Source: Candidatus Poribacteria bacterium
GTDB taxonomy: Bacteria > Poribacteria > WGA-4E > WGA-3G
Assembly (NCBI GenBank): GCA_965205025.1
Contig: CBDBFU010000002.1
Coordinates: 320,001-384,000 of the forward strand
Reading direction: 5' to 3'
Length of the DNA stretch: 64,000 bases
The position numbers and the translations under genes are program-made. Of this stretch, positions 57,359-64,000 are shown piece by piece. The notes under the pieces were generated by a model. The model did not search any database. It saw only the letters and a program-made list of their open reading frames with translations, and was not told where the DNA came from. The stretch's first letter is position 1. Each line of letters begins with the position of its first letter.

Positions 57359-60097
57359 GTGAAAAACGACGATGTTGCGCTTATCAGAAAGATACTCAAC
57401 GGTGATGAAATCGCATTTGCAAAACTCGTGAAAAAATATCAAAAGGCAGTACATACGCTTGCTTGGCGAAAAATTGGAGACTTCCACATTGCAGAGGACA
57501 TCACCCAAGATGTCTTTCTAAAAGTGTATCAGAGACTCCACAGCCTGAAAGATCCAAATCAATTTTCTGGGTGGCTCTATGTAGTTACAACAAACCTTTG
57601 TAACACATGGTTCCGCAAAAATCGGATTCAAACCCAGCCGATGGAAAACGTTGAGACAACCAAGATAGAAAAAGACGCATATTCACGACATATCGCAGAA
57701 GAGCGAGTTAAGACCACTATTGAGGCACAACGTGAAGTAGTCAAGAAACTCCTCGCGAAGTTGAAAGAGAGTGAACGCACAGTCATGACGCTCCATTACC
57801 TCGGTGAGATGTCAGTCGAAGACATCAGCAAGTTCATAGGGGTATCTTCTGGAACGATAAAGAGCCGACTTCAACGAGCGCGCAACCGTCTTAAGAAGGA
57901 GGAAACAATGATCAGAGAAGCACTCGAACATTTCCAAATATCCCCTACCCTGACTGATAATATTATGAAGGAAATTTCTCGAACAAAACAAGTTACACCA
58001 ACATCTGGAAAACCAATTATCCCTTGGGCAATAGGGGCATCAAGTGTTATTTTTATTGTGTTACTATTGGGATTCGGAAGCCAATATTTAGGATTATTCC
58101 AGAAACCTTATAGTTTGGTAGCACAAACCGAAACCACAGTGGAACTTGTTGATGCACAAGTAATCCAAAATCTTGATGCAAATCCAAGTGTGCTAAATCA
58201 ACTCAATCAACAGAATTCGGATAGAGATGGCAGAGAAAATGCTGATGATGAGAAATCAAATCAAACATCAGGTGATATAGGAGACTATACCCGATGGAAT
58301 TTACCGGAAGGTGCTAAAACCCGAATCGGAAAAGGCAGAATCTATGACATTGCGTATTCGCCGGATGGCACGCGTCTGGCTGTAGCAAGTTCGATCGGGG
58401 TATGGCTCTATGATGCAAACAGTGGAAAAGAACTTAACCTGTTAACAGAGCATACGGACAAGGTCTTGAGCATAGCATTCAATCTTAATGGAAACATACT
58501 GGCAAGTGGAAGTGATGATGGCAGCATAGACTTGTGGGATACACGCACCAGTAAACATCTTCGGACAATGACAGAGGATACGTCCTTGATCACGAACGTG
58601 GTCTTTAGTGGGGATGGCAAAATGTTGGCAAGTGCAAATAAGGATAACACTATTCGACTGTGGGATACACAGTCAGGCAAAATCCGAAAGACTCTTAAGG
58701 GGCATGCAGATAAGATCTTCAGTATATGGCTCAGTTGGGATGCCAAAATGTTGGAAAGTGCGAGTAAGGATAACACTATTCAACTGTGGGATACACAGTC
58801 AGGCAAAATCCGAAAAACCCTCAACCTTGAGCATTCACAGGAAATTGACAGAATGGCGTTCAGCGCGGATGGCAAAACATTGGCGAGTTGGTGTATTGAA
58901 AGCCCAATTTATCTATGGAATGCACAAACAGGTGAGGTTCGCCATACTCTCCCGTTAGAACAAATGGATATTGTCAATGAATTTGCATTCAGTCCAGATG
59001 GAAAAACGATCGCAAGTGCTATGCACAGCGGCACCGTCCATCTGTGGAATGTACAGACAGGTGAACACCTTCGAAGCCTCATAGGGCATACGCACTGGGC
59101 ATTGAACGTGGTGTTCAGTCCTGATAGCAAAACACTCGCAAGTGGGAGTTTCGATAATACTATCCGTTTTTGGGAGGTCCAGACGGGAAAAACACAAAAA
59201 ACGCTCACAGGACATTTGAGCGATACCGTGCATGTAGCGTTTAGTCCAGATGGAAAAACACTTGCAAATGCAATGGAAGATGATACCATCCGTTTATGGA
59301 ATGCACAGACAGGAGAAGTTCGCCAAATTCTCAAAAGGCAAAATATGCCTTCAATCGCGGGTGTAGCGTTCAGTCCAGATGGAAAAACACTTGTAGGTGG
59401 CACAGATGGAAGTGATTCTTACGCCATTCGTCTGTGGGATATACAAACAGGCAAAATTCACAAAACTTTCGGTGGACATACGGATTATGTTACGAGCGTG
59501 GCATTCAGTCCAGATGGTACTTTGTTAGTAAGTGGAAGTTGGGATAAGACCATCCAGCTGTATCATGCGCAGACAGGAGAACTCCTCAAAACTTTCTCAG
59601 GACATACGGATTGGGTTATGAGTGTGGCGTTCAGTCCAGATAGAAAAATGATAGCAAGTGGGAGTAAGGATAACACCGTCCGTATATGGGATGTGCAAAC
59701 AAGTGAAGTCCTTAAAACCCTAACAGGACATGCGGGTGTAGTCTTTAGCGTGGCGTTCGCCCCCAACGGCAAAACACTCGCAAGTGGGAGTCATGATGGT
59801 CTCATCCATCTGTGGGATGTGCAAACAGGTGAAATCCTTGAAACCACAGAACATACAGATTGGGTTATGAGCGTGGCATTCAGTCCAGATAGCCGAACGC
59901 TCGCAAGTGGAAGCAAGGATAGCACCATTCAACTGTGGGATACACAGACAAATATAACCCAACAAATTCCCATGGGTCATACGAGCTGGGTTACAAGCGT
60001 GGCATTCAGTTCAGATGGCAGGACGCTCGCAAGTGGAAGTAAAGACGGCACTATCCTGTTGTGGGAACATAAACCTAAGACAATCCAGCAAAAGTAA
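57359..60097 (+). CDS. ECF sigma - TM - WD40 fusion (#8)
   Basis: GTG start; sigma4 GTIKSRLQRAR; highly regular GH...VAFSPDG..LASGS.D.TI.LWD repeats. Confidence 0.9.
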   Translation: MKNDDVALIRKILNGDEIAFAKLVKKYQKAVHTLAWRKIGDFHIAEDITQDVFLKVYQRLHSLKDPNQFSGWLYVVTTNLCNTWFRKNRIQTQPMENVETTKIEKDAYSRHIAEERVKTTIEAQREVVKKLLAKLKESERTVMTLHYLGEMSVEDISKFIGVSSGTIKSRLQRARNRLKKEETMIREALEHFQISPTLTDNIMKEISRTKQVTPTSGKPIIPWAIGASSVIFIVLLLGFGSQYLGLFQKPYSLVAQTETTVELVDAQVIQNLDANPSVLNQLNQQNSDRDGRENADDEKSNQTSGDIGDYTRWNLPEGAKTRIGKGRIYDIAYSPDGTRLAVASSIGVWLYDANSGKELNLLTEHTDKVLSIAFNLNGNILASGSDDGSIDLWDTRTSKHLRTMTEDTSLITNVVFSGDGKMLASANKDNTIRLWDTQSGKIRKTLKGHADKIFSIWLSWDAKMLESASKDNTIQLWDTQSGKIRKTLNLEHSQEIDRMAFSADGKTLASWCIESPIYLWNAQTGEVRHTLPLEQMDIVNEFAFSPDGKTIASAMHSGTVHLWNVQTGEHLRSLIGHTHWALNVVFSPDSKTLASGSFDNTIRFWEVQTGKTQKTLTGHLSDTVHVAFSPDGKTLANAMEDDTIRLWNAQTGEVRQILKRQNMPSIAGVAFSPDGKTLVGGTDGSDSYAIRLWDIQTGKIHKTFGGHTDYVTSVAFSPDGTLLVSGSWDKTIQLYHAQTGELLKTFSGHTDWVMSVAFSPDRKMIASGSKDNTVRIWDVQTSEVLKTLTGHAGVVFSVAFAPNGKTLASGSHDGLIHLWDVQTGEILETTEHTDWVMSVAFSPDSRTLASGSKDSTIQLWDTQTNITQQIPMGHTSWVTSVAFSSDGRTLASGSKDGTILLWEHKPKTIQQK

Positions 60098-60389
60098 GTT
60101 TATCATGAATCAAATTGAATATGAGATCACCTTAATAGATTCGCCAGGATCTAAATTCCCTCCTACCAAGAAATTTCAGCTAAATGGCAATTATTGATGT
60201 AATGTATATCTCTGCGTTAATTCTCACCCATATTGACTAAAATTGTACTATAATTCCATTAATAGTAAATAACTATAAATCTTTCTTATCTCTATCCGCA
60301 TAAATTCAAAAAATGTGAAACTTTTTACTCGCTTGTCGCGTCACTAAGGGTTGATATCTAATTGAACATACCCTTTGCAGAGGTATCCG

Positions 60390-63300
60390 ATGAATAACAA
60401 CGATGATGTTCTCATTCAACGTGTCCTTGATGGCGATGATACGGCATTCTCCGATCTCGTCCGAAAATATCAAAGGTCCGTTCACGCATTGGCGTGGCGA
60501 AAGATAGGAGATTTCCATATCGCCGAAGATATTACACAAGATACGTTCCTGAAAGCATATCAAAAACTCTCAACACTAAAGGAACCTCAACGTTTCTTAA
60601 GTTGGCTCTATGTCATAGCAACAAACCGTTGTAAAGCATGGCTGCGTAAGAAAAATCTGTGGACACAACCGTTTGACAAAGTAAGTAGTTCAGAATCTGA
60701 GAAAGCAACATATTCTGGACATATCATAGAAGAAAACAAGAAAATGGCTATGGAGACACAACGAGAGGTTGTTCAAAAACTACTTGAAAAGTTACAAGAG
60801 AGTGACCGGACAGTCATCACACTCTACTACCTTGGGGGAATGACATACGAGGAAATAAGCGAGTTTTTAGGTGTATCAATAGGAGCAATTAAAAGCCGAC
60901 TTCACCGAGCAAGACAACGTCTTAAGAAGGAAGAAACGATGATTAGAGAAGCACTCGAACATTTCCAAATATCACCTACCCTGACTGATAATATTATGCA
61001 AGAAATTTCTCGGACGAAACAGGTCGCACCAACAACTGGAAAACCACTTATCCCGTGGATAGTTGGTGTGACTGCAGTAACAATAGTGCTGCTGATGCTC
61101 GGTTTTAGCAACCAATTCTTGTCACGTTTCCAGAAGCCTTACAACTTCAATGCGGCTTCAGAGATGAAGGTTGAATTAATTGATACTCCGATTGTACAAA
61201 ACCTTGAATCTGATCCAGATGACCGAACGCAGTTAGGAAATGTTAATGCACAAGGAAAAAACAACGGATCCGATCAGCAAATCAATAATGCCGCTCCGGT
61301 TGATTTGGAGACAATTATTACAAAGATGAAACACTTTGAGAATTTCGTTGCATCTGTAACCGGTGATTTCGTCAGGGAAATGCATATAGATGGTGATTTC
61401 GTCAGGGAAATGCCTATAGAAGGAAGGCATATAGAAACAGACAAGAAAGATGAATATAGCTTGACGTTTGAGGGTGAGAAAGTCAGGGTTGAATGGAAAA
61501 AACGGAGTGCTATGAATTTACCACTCGTTGAGTATTGGGATGGAAAACAACAGTGGGGGGTAAACAGACCTGACAATTTTCTTTTTAAGGTCGAGATTAC
61601 CCCTAACAAGAAAAATACTGTCCTTGAGAAAATTCAACAAGCGTTCAAACAGGTAGGGATTAAAATAACCGGTGATGTCCATATCGTCCCTGGTGATTTA
61701 GCCAATAGTTATAAAGTCAGTGAAAGAGATAAAACATACTTTGTCTTATTCATAGGAGACACAACCCTGAAGGTTTATGGTAGCGATGTTAGATATACAG
61801 TTCGACCTAACTGGATGAATGCCGATCGTGATCCACGGCTATGGCTTACCTTCTCATATTCTGACACTCACGATTCCTATCTATCTGAACCGCTTTGGCA
61901 TTTACTTGAGAAATTTGATAGTGAAATTATAGGAAGCGAAGTACTAAACGGAGAATTAACCTCCGTTATTCGTCTTAGTATACCTAATCGGCCCACTGCA
62001 AAACTCTGGATTTCTCACAACATTGGTTTCCGCATGGTTAAATCAGAAGAGAAAATGTTTGCTGCGGAAGACCCGAAAGCGGGGGCAACTTTTATTATAA
62101 CTCGAGAAATTGATTACCACGAATATTTACCGAACGTCTGGTTTCCCAAGAGAATTGAGAGAACTATTGCTCTAGTGAAATTACCGAATCCACAGCAGCA
62201 AGGGGCGAATATGATATCTAAAACCATTCTTCGCACGAAGCAATGTAAGGTAAATACCGATGTAAGTAGATTACTCCGTTTAAACCTATCTACAGATACA
62301 CGTGTTTTCGATTACAAGGTTAATCACAAGCACACGATCGACGATCTTGAAGTCAAACCAAATTTCCAGATGCAGCTTGCTAATTCCAATTTAGCAAACA
62401 ATAACAGGGCAACCGAACAACATATATCTGATTCTACCTCCCCAAAGACGTTGAAATGGAACCTGCCTGAAGGTGCTAAAGCGCGTATCGGTAAAGGATG
62501 GATAGATAAAATTGAGTATTCCCCAGATGGTAGGCTTCTGGCGGTTGTGAGTTCTATAGGGATATGGCTTTATGATGCACACACTGGACAAGAGCTTGAT
62601 TTGCTCATGGCTCATACCGAACGAGTTCAGTCAATGGCATTCAGTCCAGATGGAAAAACCCTCGTTAGCGGTAACTCAGATAGCACTATTCACCTATGGG
62701 ACACACAAACCCATACACTACGAAAAACCTTCAAGGGACATACGAAGCCGGTGTTAAGCGTGGTTTTCAGTTCTGATGGAACTTCACTGGCAAGCGGGAG
62801 TAAAGATAACACCATCTGTCTGTGGGATGTGCAAACCGGTAAACTCCAAAAAACGCTGAAAGGACATACGAATGCTGTCTTAAGTGTGATGTTTGATCCC
62901 AAGGGGGAAACTTTGGCAAGCGGAGGTAAGGATAACACCTTCCGACTATGGGATGTAGAAACAGGAACTCTCAAGGAAACGAATCTCGTTGAGAGTGCGG
63001 AGATAAGGAGAATGCGGTTCAGTCCCGATGGAAAGACACTTGCTGCTTGGGATTGGGGAACTATCCATCTGTGGGACGTAGGGACTGGTGTAATTGACAA
63101 AACACTCAATAGACACGAAAGGGGCGTTGTCTATGACATAGCGTTCAATCCAGATGGAAAAACATTCGCAAGTGCAATGGGCAACGGTACCGTTAGTCTA
63201 TGGCATACACAAACAGGGGAACAGCACAGAATCCTCATGGGACATAAGGACTTTGTATTGAGCGTAGCATTCAGTCCAGACGGAAAAACACTCACAAGTG

Positions 63301-64000
63301 GAGGGTTTGACGGCACCCTCCGTTGGTGGGATTTGGAAACGGGTGAATGCCGCAATACCCGCACGGAACATTACAGTAGTATTTTTAATGTATCCTACAA
63401 TCCAGACGGGAAAACAATCGCAAGTACGATAAGTAATGACACAATCAGTTTGTGGAACGCACAAACTGGTATACTTCTTCATACTCTTAAAATACTACAT
63501 ACAGATTCTGATTCAATCAACAGTATTTCATTTAGTCCGGACGGAAAAATGTTAGCAGGTGGAGGCTATGGAAGAGAAATCCATCTATGGGATGTGGAGA
63601 CAGGTGAACGCCAAAATACACTTAAAGGACATGATACCATCGGGAGTGTGGCATTCAACGCTGCCGGGAAAATACTTGCGAGTGCGAGTTGGGATACTAA
63701 CACCATCCGTTTGTTGGATACAGAAACAGGAACAATCCGTCATACCTTTGAAGAACATACGGATGTGGTTAATAGCGTGGTGTTTAGTCCAGATGGAAAG
63801 ACGCTGGTAAGTGGTAGTGAGGATAAGACTATTCGTCTATGGGATACACAAACAGGGAAACTACGCAAAACGCTAACAGAACATAAGGACGAAGTGACAA
63901 GCGTAGCCTACAATCCTAATGGAGAAACAATCGCAAGTGGAAGTAAAGATAAGACTGTCCGTCTATGGGATGCACAAACAGGGAAACTACGCAAAAAACT
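60390..64000 (+). CDS. ECF sigma - TM - LolA-like - WD40 fusion (#9), runs off window end (absent from ORF track)
   Basis: GAGGT RBS, MNNNDDVLIQRVLDGDD..., sigma4 GAIKSRLHRAR; the WD40 cap LKWNLPEGAKARIGKG at 62451 is in the same frame. Confidence 0.88.
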   Translation, partial: MNNNDDVLIQRVLDGDDTAFSDLVRKYQRSVHALAWRKIGDFHIAEDITQDTFLKAYQKLSTLKEPQRFLSWLYVIATNRCKAWLRKKNLWTQPFDKVSSSESEKATYSGHIIEENKKMAMETQREVVQKLLEKLQESDRTVITLYYLGGMTYEEISEFLGVSIGAIKSRLHRARQRLKKEETMIREALEHFQISPTLTDNIMQEISRTKQVAPTTGKPLIPWIVGVTAVTIVLLMLGFSNQFLSRFQKPYNFNAASEMKVELIDTPIVQNLESDPDDRTQLGNVNAQGKNNGSDQQINNAAPVDLETIITKMKHFENFVASVTGDFVREMHIDGDFVREMPIEGRHIETDKKDEYSLTFEGEKVRVEWKKRSAMNLPLVEYWDGKQQWGVNRPDNFLFKVEITPNKKNTVLEKIQQAFKQVGIKITGDVHIVPGDLANSYKVSERDKTYFVLFIGDTTLKVYGSDVRYTVRPNWMNADRDPRLWLTFSYSDTHDSYLSEPLWHLLEKFDSEIIGSEVLNGELTSVIRLSIPNRPTAKLWISHNIGFRMVKSEEKMFAAEDPKAGATFIITREIDYHEYLPNVWFPKRIERTIALVKLPNPQQQGANMISKTILRTKQCKVNTDVSRLLRLNLSTDTRVFDYKVNHKHTIDDLEVKPNFQMQLANSNLANNNRATEQHISDSTSPKTLKWNLPEGAKARIGKGWIDKIEYSPDGRLLAVVSSIGIWLYDAHTGQELDLLMAHTERVQSMAFSPDGKTLVSGNSDSTIHLWDTQTHTLRKTFKGHTKPVLSVVFSSDGTSLASGSKDNTICLWDVQTGKLQKTLKGHTNAVLSVMFDPKGETLASGGKDNTFRLWDVETGTLKETNLVESAEIRRMRFSPDGKTLAAWDWGTIHLWDVGTGVIDKTLNRHERGVVYDIAFNPDGKTFASAMGNGTVSLWHTQTGEQHRILMGHKDFVLSVAFSPDGKTLTSGGFDGTLRWWDLETGECRNTRTEHYSSIFNVSYNPDGKTIASTISNDTISLWNAQTGILLHTLKILHTDSDSINSISFSPDGKMLAGGGYGREIHLWDVETGERQNTLKGHDTIGSVAFNAAGKILASASWDTNTIRLLDTETGTIRHTFEEHTDVVNSVVFSPDGKTLVSGSEDKTIRLWDTQTGKLRKTLTEHKDEVTSVAYNPNGETIASGSKDKTVRLWDAQTGKLRKK

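Noticed and set aside
2745-63810. Many short antisense or overlapping ORFs in the track
   Set aside because: Shadows of long genuine genes (especially WD40 repeats); no RBS or domain motifs
24230-64000. Diversity-generating retroelement or shufflon driving sensor variation
   Set aside because: No reverse transcriptase, no TR/VR pair with adenine-specific differences, no recombinase or inverted cassettes in the window

Overview
Bacterial, AT-rich window with three parts. (1) 1-18 kb, minus strand: a defence island. It holds an apparently intact SspBCDE single-strand phosphorothioation system (DUF4007, ATPase, PAPS-reductase-like, DUF262/DUF1524) followed by an uncharacterised 810-aa GHKL ATPase. 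Then come a decayed IS1595-like element with passenger ORFs and a degenerate tRNA-like gene, and a second, broken module: 5'-truncated sspC, intact sspD, and a sulfur-binding-domain nuclease gene split by an IS630 at a TA. (2) 18-24 kb: repeats and MITEs, a vWA protein, a GT-C-like membrane protein and a Uma2 nuclease. (3) 24-64 kb: an array of nine co-oriented membrane-anchored ECF sigma-factor fusion genes (sigma - TM - large variable extracytoplasmic domain: BNR/Asp-box propeller, WD40 or LolA-like). All nine have a sigma cassette of exactly 549 bp ending in a conserved hinge. The hinge contains a Shine-Dalgarno plus in-frame ATG (AAGGAGGAAACAATG in 7/9), which suggests each gene also makes a sigma-less anti-sigma-like isoform. 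Each gene has its own ECF-type promoter whose -35 covaries with the sigma4 recognition helix, and the modules appear shuffled between paralogs. The intergenic DNA is a nested set of REP-like palindromes and MITEs. One IS630-family element and its MITEs insert at the exact centre of palindromes with a 1-bp duplication. The gene content resembles Candidatus Poribacteria (inference only). Several frameshifts at 30-43 kb look like +1 sequencing insertions. All alignments and counts were done by eye.
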